Below, in pieces: positions 1-15,169 of a DNA stretch of 64,000 bases (position 1 is the first letter of the stretch; the number at the start of each line of letters is the position of its first letter). Below the pieces are notes generated by a model that was not told where the DNA came from, did no database searches, and was given only the letters and a program-made list of their open reading frames with translations. A program made the translations under genes and the position numbers. The DNA comes from the human T2T-CHM13v2.0 reference genome, Homo sapiens, in NCBI RefSeq assembly GCF_009914755.1, contig NC_060933.1. One strand, given 5' to 3'.

Positions 1-177
1 GTCATTTAAGTAAGAAAGCAAGATAAATTTATTCTCAGATATGCAACAGCTCAGAAAATATACTACCTCTGTACCTCTTTTTTAAAAAATTACTGGAAGA
101 AGTACTCCAAACTATTGAGGGATGAAACAAAATTAAGAGCACAGGCATGAAGAAATCATGATATAAAAAGAACTGGC
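1..177 (+). mobile_element. Ancient L1 (L1M/L1ME-type) fragment, ORF1 3' region
   Basis: A-rich degenerate match to the old L1 ORF1 end (ttctcagatatgcaacagctcagaaaatatactacc...ttactggaagaagtactcc); may continue after the Alu to about 860. Confidence 0.45.
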
Positions 178-496
178 GGATGGGCGCGGTAGCTCATGCC
201 TGTAATCCCAGCACTTTGGGAGGCCGAGGAAGGCGGATCACCTGAGGTTGGGAGTTTGAGACCAGCCTGACCAACATGGAGCAACCCCATCTCTATTAAA
301 AATACAAAAAAATTAGCCTGGCTTGGTGACACATGCCTGTAATCCCTGCTACTCAGGAGGCTGAGGCAGGAGAATCGCTTGAACCCGTGGGCGCAAGTTT
401 CAGTGAGCTGAGATCCCACCATTGCACTCCAGCCTGGGCAACAAGAGCAAAACTCCATATCAAAAAAAACAAAAACAAAAACAAAACAACAACAAC
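178..496 (+). mobile_element. AluSp
   Basis: Full dimer; Sp-type diagnostics (gggagtttgagaccagcctgaccaacatggag, gcaacaagagc); near-TSD aaaagaactggc/aaaagaactagc. Confidence 0.93.
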
Positions 497-946
497 AAAA
501 GAACTAGCAACAACACTAATTTTAGTTAAAACAGACAGAATTTTAAATTATTATAAATCTGGCCATAACAGAATACAAAAAGTCCAAATGTATAATTATA
601 AGGGCAGTTATATGACAAAAGGCCAATAATGTAACAATTATAACCTGGATCCCAAAACCTCAGATGATATCAACAAAGTTCAAGAAGAAAAGAAGGGAGA
701 CAAACTAACTTCTCATCTCAAATGGGGGAAAGTGCACAACATCGTAACAACTAGAGAATGCCACTGAAATGCTTACAGGTCTTCATTAGTCACATAACGC
801 CAGCATATATTTTTTCTAAAACATTAGTGAACATAAAATTGAAGTAAACAAGATCTGTTTAGTTTTCTAAAAAGTGCAAAGCAGACAGGCAACCCCACAC
901 CCACACAGAGAGGTGTGCAGTTTGCCATGTACGTTGATTGATGTAG

Positions 947-1368
<422 letters not shown>

Positions 1369-1549
1369 CTCATTCTTTAATTTTTGTGCACCTTTTGAAG
1401 GTTAGAGAAGGACAGTGTCCTGGCTGGCATGGCCCTGATGCCAGTGTCCTGGCTGGCATGGGCCCTGGGTTGGGGAATGGGGAGTGGGAGAGTTGTGAAG
1501 AATCTTCCTATTTTTTTTCTTATCCAGATGGTGCTTGGCATTAGGAACC

Positions 1550-2120
1550 TATAAAGTCCAAACTGAATCATGTGACTCCTTTCTTAAAGCAATTGACTGA
1601 CTCCCTTTTGCCCTCGTGTTAGAGTCTGAATCCCTTCCATGTTCTCCAGAGTTCCTTCCAATCTCATCATACCTCCCGCTCCAACCTCAGTTTCCATGCT
1701 GCCTTTGACATTTATGCAGCTTCCCAAATGCTCCACGTTCTCCACTGACCTTTTTGCCTTTGCACAAGCTGCTCCCTTGGGCTGCAGTGGCCTTTCCCTC
1801 TGACCCCATCCCCACCTGGAAAACACTAATAAGATAAGGTGCAGGTGCGTGTCTCCCATGAACCCTTCTCTGATGTCTGCTGACTGGAGGAAGTCCCCTC
1901 CTGTCTCCCATCCTGTGCCACATTCTCCCTCTGGTCATTCACTACACATTTCCTGAATCTTATTTAGTTTCAGGGATGTTTAAAACCCTGGTAGCTTGGG
2001 TTTATTTCGCTGGCAGCTTAAGCCAGCCCAAAGCCATAAACTGCACTGGAAAGGACAGGTCTTCTTCACCGTGTCTCCAGGCTCAATAGCAGGTACCCCA
2101 TAAACGCTTATGGAACTCAA
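1550..2120 (+). mobile_element. L2 relic
   Basis: Degenerate L2 3' motifs (gcctttgcacaagctgctccc...; tcttcaccgtgtctccagg...ataaacgcttatggaa). Confidence 0.55.
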
Positions 2121-2859
2121 CAAAGGTGCCCTCGCTACCGTCACCAGCCTGCACCATGCCTCACTAGCAGGTAGCAGTACAGCGAGTGTCACTTGAAGGC
2201 TGAATCCCAACAGTTGGTGGTGCTGGGGTTCTGGGAGAGGCAGTTGGAAGGGAGCATGGCCTCCCACAGGGCAGCTCCAGAATGTTCTGGCCATATGACC
2301 GAGGTCTTCCAGCGCTGGCCTGTCCCTGCCTTGTCCCAGGACCACAGATCCTGCATAGTTTAATTTTGCTAAGAACATTTTAGATTCTAGGAAAGCATTT
2401 GAGGGTAAGGGAAAGGGAGGGGTGTTATCCCGGCACCAGGTAAAAGTACACAGGGGAGATGAGTAGGAAACTCTGACTGAACCTTGAAGGGCTGGGTTTA
2501 CAAAATGCAAGGGCAGAACTAACACTATACAACTGGACATTCACCAGACTGTCCTTTTTCGTTTAGCATTAAAAAAACAAAAAAACCACAATGTTGCCTA
2601 AGTTGCTTTGAGAAATCTGAAAAGATCTATGCATAATCTATCTTTCCAACCACGACTCAGTGTCCCCTCTGCTTGTGGGAACTGAATGTAAAAATAATCA
2701 CCAGCTTCAGGGCCTGAAAAGCCACCTCGATGGGGAGGAGGCAGGGCACAGAGGGGGCAGTGCCAGTCTTGAAAGGTAAGGTGGGCAGAAATTAGCATCC
2801 CAAACTGCCCACCACAGAAGTGGCATCCAACCGGGTTAAAAAAAGCTATTCCCAAACAG

Positions 2860-2920
2860 GCTCCTTCTGACGGCCTTGGAACTGATGTGCAGGCAGCCAA
2901 GTGTGTGTATTTGTGGAGTT
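2860..2920 (+). other. Candidate exon (first or internal) of an unidentified + strand transcript
   Basis: Donor GTT|GTAAGT at 2920|2921; weak acceptor ctattcccaaacAG at 2858-2859; unique sequence. Confidence 0.3.
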
Positions 2921-2929
2921 GTAAGTAGG

Positions 2930-3390
2930 TCAGATATTTCTGTCGCTAATTATTACTTGCGAAAAAATATGTCGTGAGCTTGCCGCAGGGAGAGAGTATC
3001 GAAAGCAGCATTGATCTTTGGAATCTCTAGCCAGATTTATCCGTGCAGGGTTGGAATCCCAAGGACTACCAAAACAGGAAAAAAAAAATGGCCTCAATCC
3101 AGGTCTACAGGGGGCAGCTGTGGGAACTCCAGCAGGAAGGTGAGAAACCTGGGTTCCAGCCCTTGATTTTTACTTTCCTGTTCCGGGCTTCAGTTTTCCC
3201 ACTAGGTTGGATTTTATGTTCTGATTTCACGAACTCCGCAGTCAACGGTGATTTTCTCAGGACCTGGGATTTCCCTTCTGTTTTAGGGATATGGGTCATT
3301 TCCTTTCTGGGAGGTATAGGCAAGAAATTCGTTCAGAAATGAGATCAAAATTTTCCGGCATTGATTATTAGGTGGGAAATTTCGCTGCAC
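2930..3390. promoter_or_regulatory. Candidate enhancer/promoter with NF-kB motifs
   Basis: Perfect kB consensus GGGATTTCCC 3266-3275; near site GGGAAATTTC 3374-3383; several retained CpGs in AT-rich unique sequence. Confidence 0.4.
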
Positions 3391-4229
3391 CTGGATCAGA
3401 CTCACATATCTAAATATTTGCTGAGTGTTGAATATGTGTTGGACATTGTGGCAGGCATGCTGGACATACTAGAGCATATGACTCTACTCACTCCTTTGTA
3501 TATATAGGGTTGGTGGCCCCTTACTGAATTTCAGTGAGTGACATGGTTTTCTCAAGGTTGCACACATAGGAAGCAGAAATGCTGAGATTAGAGCCCAGCC
3601 TGACTCCAAGTCAGTACTGTCCTTGGCTCTTTCTCTCCCTGACCAGCCCCAATAGCTGTACTCAAGTGGGCAGTAGAGAGGACAAAGATGACCCTTCCCC
3701 TCCTCTTAGATGCAAAGTCTGGATACTAGGGCAAGACACTACTCTAATTAGTTTTATTTTTACAGGCTCTGAGGCTTGTCAATGCTTTATGCAAAGTTAT
3801 GCAGAATATGCAAATCAGGAGTGGCTCTGGTTGTGTTGTAACCAGGAGGGCACCTGCAATTCTCTGATCTGAAAAATTCCACCTGCAGAGCTTCCTGAGT
3901 GGGAAGTGTTGGGCTCCTGTCTGCAATGTCACGCCTCTTGAAAGTCCCTTCTGAGTAGTGCCCAGGAACTGGAATGTAAATGCCCCTGCCATATGGAGAG
4001 TATTAGCCCCAGAGACCTTGGCAGGGATGAATTCATTGGATATGAAGGTTTTTTGTTTTTGTTTTTAAAGCAGGTGGGCCTCAGTTTCCTCACCTTTATA
4101 ATGAGTGAGTTGGTCTCTATGAGCTTCAAGGATCTGTGATCACCCTAAGTGTTTAGATCCCTGTATGGAGGTTTCTGGAAAGTACCATCCTCTCTCTTTT
4201 TCTTCAGCACTTTCTTATGATGCCCCCTG

Positions 4230-4600
4230 CCCCTCTCCAGCATTCACTCCCACTGCCCCATGTTTGTGCTTCCCCCCATGAAGTATTTGGCCTTCTGGAA
4301 GCTTCCATGCCTTTCTTACCTCCTATGCTTTGCACATGCTGTTTCTGCTCCTGGAATGCCTTTCCCTTCCTTCTCCATCTGTCTAACTCCCACTCTCCCT
4401 CCAAGCGTCAGCTCGGACATCGCCTTCTCCTGCCCGTTCCCCAGTCTAGGCCAGGTACCCTTCGTCCCCAGCCTCCTGGGTAGCACTCAGCAGCTGGTCG
4501 TTGTCCGCCTTCCCCAGCAGGCAGTGGGCTCACTGGGAACAGACACCTGTTGGTCTTCCCTGTAGACCCCCAAGCATGTGGGCCCAGGATTGTCACCAAT
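4230..4600 (+). mobile_element. L2 relic
   Basis: ctttgcacatgctgtttctgctcctggaatgcctttccc is a typical L2 motif. Confidence 0.65.
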
Positions 4601-4707
4601 CAACTGTCACTGGTCAACCTTTAAGGAATTAACAAATAAAAGAGTAAATGCACCCACTCCCTTTAATTTAGAATTGTCAATAAATAAATAAATAAATAAA
4701 TAAAATA

Positions 4708-4837
4708 GGCCAGGCACGGTGTTGGCACCTGTAATCCCAGGGCTTTGGGAAGCCAAGGCAGGAGGATTGCTCGAGGCCAGGACTTTGAGACCTGCCTGAG
4801 CAACACAGTAAGATCCCATCTCAACAACAACAACAAA
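4708..4837 (+). mobile_element. FLAM_C / free left Alu monomer, preceded by (AATA)n at 4679-4707
   Basis: Single monomer ending catctc plus (CAA)n tail; direct repeat agaattgtc at 4670-4678 and 4838-4846. Confidence 0.85.
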
Positions 4838-5340
4838 AGAATTGTCCAAAGGAAGCAGTTGCGTTAAGCTCCCACCCAGCTTGTGACTTTAGACTAAAAA
4901 TAGGCATAGGGACACCAGGCTCCTCTAACTCCCTAATATGAATTTTAATTTTTAATAACTCGAGAAATCAGTGAACTATACCTATGGGAAAATGATGAGG
5001 AATCGGCCACATAAATTAATGGAAAGTATGTGTTCACATTATCTAACTGTATTAAGTGTGAATAATAATTAATTATAGATTCTACATGAGGTCTTGTCTT
5101 GGAGAGTTCTTTAACCCAATGTGAAGAAATTTAAAAAGTCATTCATCACTCTCCTGTGCTCCACCCCAGGCCATAACATAAAAAGCAATAGCTAAAGAAT
5201 TTTCTATAATTTATTAAGATTATCATCTTAGAGGAAAAATAACTCTTTAGAGCATAACAACTTAGAAATGGAAGCTGCACCCAAACGTGTTTGTTAATGC
5301 TGGTGTAATCATCCAGGCCACCTCCCCGTTCTCCCCTGCA

Positions 5341-6260
<920 letters not shown>

Positions 6261-6262
6261 AC

Positions 6263-6563
6263 TTTTTTTTTTTTTTTTGACAGAGTTTCACTCTTGTTGC
6301 CCATGCTGGAGTGCAGTGCAATGGCACGATCTCGGTTCACCACAACCTCTGCCCCCCAGGTTCAGGAAATTCTCCTGCCTCAGCCTCCTGAGTAGCTGAG
6401 ATTACAGGCATGCCCCACCATGCCTGGCTAATTTTGTATTTTTAGTAGAGACGGGGTTTCTCTGTGTTGGTCAGGCTGGTCTCGAACTCCTGACCTCAGG
6501 TGATCCGGCTGCCTCGGCCTCCCAAAGTGTTGGGATTACAAGCGTGAGCCACCGCCACCGACC
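6263..6563 (-). mobile_element. AluSp, in tandem with the AluY
   Basis: tttcactcttgttgcc, gtttctctgtgttggtcaggc; directly abuts the AluY. Confidence 0.9.
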
Positions 6564-6699
6564 ATCTTTCTGTTTTTATCAGACTCAGCTACAGAGAGCA
6601 AAGGTACTCATCTCCCAGCCCCTGGCACATTCTCACTGTTGAACTGCACACAACCTTTTTTGTGGGTTTGGGTTTTTTTTTTTTTAACCTTTTTCTCAT

Positions 6700-7030
6700 T
6701 TATCCCTGATTCCCACCACCATTCTGTTTCCCCCATGGGCATTTTCCCTCATGTATTTGATATATGTTCTTAAATATGCATGAATCCTTATAAAACATGT
6801 TGTGCTATTCTGTGTATATCTGCTTTTAATTAACATGACTAATTCCGTGCCGTAGCTCTCAGTCTGGTTTTTTTTTTTCTTTCCTCTCTTAGCACCGAAG
6901 TATATTCAATGGTCTGTAATAGTTGCTTATAACCATGCACAATGTTTTTCCATGGTGAGAATTCACCACATTTTTCTCATGCATTTCTTCAGCAATGGAC
7001 ACCCTGGTGGTCTCAAAGTCCCTGATCCTC
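6700..7030 (-). mobile_element. Old L1 (L1ME-like) 3' fragment
   Basis: Degenerate reverse L1 3' motifs (ttccatggtgagaattcaccacatt...caatggacaccctggtgg). Confidence 0.5.
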
Positions 7031-7453
7031 CAAACTACACTGCTGGAGTAGCCTCAAGGGGCGGCAGGGCTTCTTTTTGTACCATAAGATGCGAGACGCA
7101 GGGTGTGAGAGGAGATGTCTCTGAGATAGACATCCAGGAGAGGTCACGCTGGGTTGTGAATAAATATTTAATGTCCTTAACTGCCAGGGCCCTATAGCCC
7201 AAATGGCACCTCCATGAAAACTAGAAAAAGCACAAAAACCAAAACAACAACACTAACAAAAAACCCCAGAAACACAACAAAATTGAAACAAACACAAAAG
7301 CCCTGCCTGCCCTTTGAGGCTCAGCTCACCGCTGTCTCCTAAGGGGCCGGATACCATTTCTTTTCTACTCTGAATGCCCCTGGCACATGGTCCCCTTTGC
7401 CTGGGAAACAGTGAGCTACTTGAAGGCAGAAAATCATATATTTGTCTCTTTCT

Positions 7454-7605
7454 TGCTTTCTCTCTCTCTTTCTCCTTCCTTCCTTCCTTCCTTCTTTCTT
7501 TCTTTTCTCTCTTTCTTTCCTCCCTCCCTCCCTCTCTCCCTCTCTCTCTCTCTCTCTTTCTCTTTCCTTCCTTCCTTCCTTCCTTCCTTCCTTCCTTCCT
7601 TCCTT

Positions 7606-7659
<54 letters not shown>

Positions 7660-7660
7660 C
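7454..7660. repeat. Compound (TTCC)n/(TC)n/(TTTC)n microsatellite, the expanded Alu tail
   Basis: Pyrimidine tandem blocks directly abutting the 3' end of a minus-strand Alu. Confidence 0.9.
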
Positions 7661-7935
7661 AGAGTCTTGCTCTGTTGCCCAGGCTGGACTGCAGTGGCGC
7701 AATCTCAGCTTACTGCAGCCTCCACCTCCTGCGTTCAAGTGATTCTCCTGCCTCAGCCTCCTGAGTCGCTGGGACTACAGGTGCGCACCATCATGCCTGG
7801 CTGATTTTTGTATTTTCATTAGAGATGGGGTTTCACCATGTTGGCCAGGATGGTCTCGATCTCCTGACCTTGTGATCCCCCTGCCTCAGCCTCCCAAAGT
7901 GTCGGGATTACAGGCGTGAGCCACCGCCTCCGGCC
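7661..7935 (-). mobile_element. AluSc-like
   Basis: ttggccaggatggtctcgatctcctgaccttgtgatcc; near-TSD tatttgtctctttct/tatttgttgtctttct. Confidence 0.88.
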
Positions 7936-8194
7936 TATTTGTTGTCTTTCTACCAATTGCAATAGCAGGCCCTCATAAAAGCTTGCTGGACTGATTTTCT
8001 ATTTCCTGACACTTCAGAGCAGCATGACCTCACCACATATTGATAAGCATGCCCACTACAGAAAAGGGGAAAATGATGGATTTGAGAATCAAGAATTGTA
8101 AGATTCTGGTCTCCTTGCTGTCACCAACCTGAAGGGTAACCATCAGCAAGCAACTTTTCCTCTCCGGGTCTGAGTTTCCCAGTGGCAGCTCCTC

Positions 8195-8610
8195 TGTGAC
8201 AGAGATAGGCTAGTTTCCCCCAAACCACTTCCCTTTTCCTCTTGGGCTTACATGTAGCCTGCATTACCCAGCCTCCTTGCAGTGAGGTGCAGGCCTGTCT
8301 TCAGGTTCTGGTCAATAGAATGTGGATGGAGGTGACATACTCTGCTTCCAGGCCTGATTTGTGAAAACCTCCTCATGCGAATCTCCACATTCTTACATCA
8401 TCTGCTGGCCAGATGCAGAAAATCCCACAGCACCACAAGCTAGAAGGAGCTTGGATCCCGAGTCACCCCCTGGAGGAGAGCCATCCAGGAGAGCTTTATA
8501 ACCAGAAACACCCTTGGGGGATGGTTGTATGAGCAAAACTAAACTTTTATGGTGTTTTGCCTTTGAAAATTTTGAGGTTGGTTGTTACACTAGGTGCCCT
8601 CCTGATTAAT
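8195..8610 (+). mobile_element. MLT1J-like MaLR solo LTR
   Basis: ccagcctccttgcagtgagg...ggtcaatagaatgtgg...ttggatcccgagtcacc...aaacttttatggtgtt...ggttgttac. Confidence 0.7.
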
Positions 8611-8789
8611 CTATTTCCCTCAAGCCAGATTTCACCCAATAATTCCTTAATTTGTGTCATGCTTCTCCACTTTTCACAATTGATGTTTTGTGGCCCAGTT
8701 CTTTTATTCTACTCAAAAGTAGCTGAATAATCTGAAATAGCAATTGAGTATCCAAAAGGAGCCAATCTCAATGCTGGAGTTGCCCTGCA

Positions 8790-9349
8790 TCCGCTCCCTA
8801 CAATCCATCACTATCATGGAACCAAAAGGATCTCTCTGGAACCAAAAGGAAAAGGCAATTCCTCCAAAATACTTTCATGGTCTTCTGTTATCCTCAGAAT
8901 GAAGCCAAAGGGCTCATGCCTACAAGGGCTACCAAAACTGGCTTTGTCTATTTCTTCTACTTCCTCTCCTCTGTTGAGTCCACGGTTCAGCTGCAAAAGC
9001 ATTTCCTCTAACATGCCAGTCTCAGTGCCCAACACGGTAAGGACTAGGCCTTCAGGGTAACGCTGTACGCACCGCTAGCTGAGCCCAGGAGGCTCTTCCA
9101 TCCCCTCCTCCTTATCTTGGGGGTGTGGCTTACAAGTCACTTTTCCTTAGGGGGTCTGGGCCCCCTGATCACTCGCTCCGGTCCACGCTCTTGCCCCACT
9201 GATGTGCTTACCACTCACAACATTCACTGCAGTTGTAATTACTTGTCCCCTGAACTGTCAGTGTCCTGAAGGAAGGACCAAGCCAGTCTTGCTTCTTGCT
9301 GAATCCCCACACCTGGCCCAGACCCTGGCTTGTTGTCCATGCTCTTAAG
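8790..9349 (+). mobile_element. L2 relic (3' end interrupted by Tigger3a)
   Basis: L2 3' motifs (gaactgtcagtgtcctgaaggaaggacc...gaatccccacacctggcccagaccctggc). Confidence 0.55.
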
Positions 9350-9351
9350 TA

Positions 9352-9681
9352 TAGTCATGTGTCGCTTAACAAATGGGGATGCGTTCTGAGAAATGCGTCA
9401 TTAGGTGATTTTGTGCAAATGTCATAAAAGTGTACTCACACAAACCTAGATGGTAGAGGCTGCCACACACCTAGGCTACATGGTCTAGCCTGTGGGTCCT
9501 AGGCTACTAACCTGCACTTGCGGCACTGTACTGAAGACTGTAGGTGACTGTAACACAATGGTAAGTATTTGTGTGTCTAAACATAGAAAATGGACGGTAA
9601 AAATGCAGTATTATCATCTGATGGGACCACCAACTTATATGCGGTCTGTCATCGACTGAAACGTCCTATGGCACATGACTG
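9352..9681 (-). mobile_element. Tigger3a/MER7A (Tc1-mariner MITE)
   Basis: TIRs (t)agtcatg...catgactg with TA target duplication; internal ctgagaaatgcgtcattaggtg, cacaaacctagatggta, gatgggaccacc. Confidence 0.88.
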
Positions 9682-11288
9682 TAGTTGCTGAACAGGGGCA
9701 TCAATAAATGACCCAATCCTGAGGGAACGAGTGGTTTGATTCCTGGGGAAGGGGTCGTATCCTGTGTCATCCTGGGGGGACAAATGGATTTCTTGGAAGG
9801 CATAGTGCCTCTCAAAGGAACAAAAAGGCCATCCTTGGATGCACTAGGTCCCCATGGGTGAGAGCGTTCGGTCCAGGGCTTCCCAGAGTGAATCTACAAA
9901 GCCAACACGCTCAGCGCCCACAGAGAGAGATCCCATACTGGTCACCAGTTTGGGCCACTGAGTTCTGGATCTCCCTCTGAACCCAAGACTTAATAACACA
10001 CAAAAATAAAGCTGAAGGCCCAGGCAGGAAGGCGTGATGAGCATTCACAGGGCCGACAGGCTGGGCATGGAGATCCTCTCCCACAACGGGCACACTTTCA
10101 GATGCACAAACTCATCTCCAGGCAATTGTTTTCTCCGTGAGTTCCCTTGAAGCAGCCATTTGCGTCTCTTGATCCCACACGCCGATGACCTTGTTAGGTC
10201 TTGTTAGATAGATGGAAGACTGTACTTGTGCCCTTTCTCTCTCTCTGGCTAATTACAATTTGCAAGTTGAGGTCCTTCAGGTGAATTAAAACAAGACACT
10301 TGACGATTAACTTAAATAACAAATAATGTCAGCTTGGCCATCTGCCGATGGCTGGCCCCCATCCTGACCACAGGTGCCATCAGCAAGAGGATCTGTTCTC
10401 TCAGCCCAGCAAGATCGTAAAAGCCCAGGCCAAGAGACCCCGGGACCCCGGAACACCAGTGCCCGGCACAGTAAGGACTCAGCCTTCATGGTAACGCTGC
10501 AGTCTCAGGTTGGTGACAGCTGCTCTGCCAGGCCCTTGTGGCCAAAATTTCAGGCCTGCCAGTTTATAAATTGTGTCCTTTTTCACCCAGTATTAAGAAA
10601 GCCTGTGTTCCTTGACCTATCACTGCTGTTGTGTCCACGGTTGGTATAAATATTGCCTTCCAATTACACAGAATTTTGAATTTTTGCTCAAAGCATTCGT
10701 TTGGTTACTTCACTCTCTTGTCTTTCCAAATCGTCCCTTTTCCCTCATCTGAGATTTCGTCTGGGCCACTCCCCAGGAGAGCAGGAGTGAGATGTGCTCA
10801 AACTCCTTTCCAGGACTTGTTACAGATCTGACGTGGGTGGATGGATGGGGCTGGGCCAGGCTAGACCTAGTAAAGGTCAGAGGCTATTGCTGCTGGAAGA
10901 GCTTTATTTATGGGCAGGAAGACTGAGGTCCCCAGGAGAGGAGTAGCACAGGGCTGCATGAGGGTAGAGCTGGGTTTGGGCTCACAGTGGCTACCTCCTG
11001 CACCAGGGCTCTATGCAGCATCCCAGCCACCCCAGCCACCCGCTCGGGCAGGAAGAGATGGCCAGGCCCCTTCCTGAGTGATCTAAGTTCTGAGCTTTGC
11101 AAAGACCCTCCTGGTAGGATCTCAATCTGGAGCAACGAACTGGAAGCCTAGGCCAGACCCCTTGCCATCCTATCGGTCTCCTTGGCTCCATGCCTGCAGT
11201 GGCCTCAACTGGCCCATGCCAGCTTGAGCTTCTGGCGAAGTGGGTCTGTTGTTGCTGGTTTCTGTTTGCCTAGCCCTCCTTCCCCTGA

Positions 11289-11970
<682 letters not shown>

Positions 11971-12680
11971 TTAAAGGCTGTGAGGGGACTTATGTTAGCC
12001 AGCAGCACTCAGCCCCGCAGTCAGCCCCTGAGAGGCTGCTCCTGTCCTCAACCCTCTTCCCCGCTGTTCTGGGTCATGTGGAGCCCCCAGAATCACTGAG
12101 CTGCTTTCTGGACGTGCATCTTTGCATATGGTATTTCTTTCTCTTACCAGCGCTTCTTTCTCATGAAGTCTTACTTAACCTCAGAGATTCAATGGGCATT
12201 GCGTATTCTGGGAGAGCATCCTTGCTCCCACCCTGCCATGGGCTGGGCTTGGGGCTACTCATCTGGACTCATGCTTGTGTGTTCTTCTCTGAGGGACTCA
12301 GCGCTGCCTTGCAATCATCTGTCTGCACACCTGTGCTCCCGCAGGCTGCGGGCTTCCCTAAGGCAGAGTCTGTGCCCTGTTCTGATGTATCCTCCTATGT
12401 TTAGCTTGCAATCTTTGCTTCATGAATGAGTCATTTTTTAGCTCCCAGGAGCACTGGGGGGATCACCTAGCGACAGGGGCAGGAGCAGGAGCTCATCTGC
12501 TTCTCAGTGCTCCCAAGAGAGAGGGAGAAAATGAGAGTGGAGAGAGAGTGTGTGTGTCACAAAACAGCGGAGAGAGAGAGAAATGTCGTCCTTTTTAACT
12601 AAACTCTCTGTTCCTTCCCTCACTGGACAGACATTTTCTGTGCTCCTTCCTACTCTGAACCAGACAGAGAAAGTTTCTCA

Positions 12681-13057
<377 letters not shown>

Positions 13058-13645
13058 TCAGTCACCTGGACTTTCAGAAGACATAGTGGGCTATTCGCAA
13101 AGTGAGATTTTTCTGGTGAGTATCTCAATTACTCACTCTCTGGGGCATGGCCAGGCACTGCTTCCTCAGCACGAGGCACCACCAAAGACCTGAGAAATAG
13201 GATCCCTGGAGTAGTCTTCCGACCCCTTGGAGGCCTCTACGAGAATACCTGTTACTTTTCTCACCTGGGAATATTCCAACATGTGTAGCCCTCATACTGC
13301 AAACACCATAGCATTGCTTCTGAGTTTTCTCTGTGCGACCCCAAACCAATGTGGTCCCTCTGTCTGTGGGCTAAAGAGCAATCAGAAGAGCCATGAAAAA
13401 TGACATTTTCTTAAACCTTGTGTTTTGTGAAAACTACATGTTATAGAGCTACCCCCCAACAAAAGGAACTGATGAACAGGAATACACAAAGGGGCTGTTT
13501 TGGTTAAGATCATAAATCCAACTCAAAACTAGCTTAAGCAAGCAAGGTAATTTATTGATTGTATCAGAAATGTGTTTGGCTACGAACAAAAACTCTGACT
13601 ACGGTTGGCATAAATAAAGGTTTTCTTTGTCTCACATAATGTTCA

Positions 13646-13947
<302 letters not shown>

Positions 13948-14518
13948 GTTCAGAGGCAGGCAGTCCGGGGCAGGAGAGAACGCTCAGCAACCCCTCCTCT
14001 CTTTCTGCCCCATTGTCCCCAGCCTGGTCTGTTGAGGTTGTGAGGCAGCTGCAAATTCCTAGCCCTTACTCATAGGAAGGAAAAGAACAAAAATAGAAAA
14101 ATGGAAGGAGGTCCACAGCCAGTTCTGATGACGTTTCTATATCAGTGATCTGTTTCTGCGTGACTAATCATCCCCAAACCTAACAGCTAAAAACCACCAC
14201 ACATTGTCGCTGATGAGTCTATGGGTTGGCTCGGAAGTTTTGCTGATTTGAGGCTGGCTTGGCTGATCTCAGCTGGGCTCGGTCATGTGTCTGTGAAAGA
14301 CTGGTCTTCCACTGGGACCGTCCGATCTAGGATGGCCCTCTCACGTGGCTGGTGTTGGCGAGTTGTCAGCTGCTGGGATGTCTCCCTTCCACCAGCAGGC
14401 TAGCCTGGGATTGCTCACATGGTGACTGGGCTGGGGTTCAACAGAGGGAGCAGACATATCCAAAAGCTCTTGAGACCTAGGCTCAGGCCTGGCACAGTGT
14501 CACTCCTCCCACCTTCTA

Positions 14519-15169
<651 letters not shown>

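Noticed and set aside
10267-10280. Possible 14-nt microexon (AAG|TTGAGGTCCTTCAG|GTGAAT)
   Set aside because: The pyrimidine tract lies upstream of the putative branch point, the acceptor is weak, and the length is frame-shifting; insufficient support
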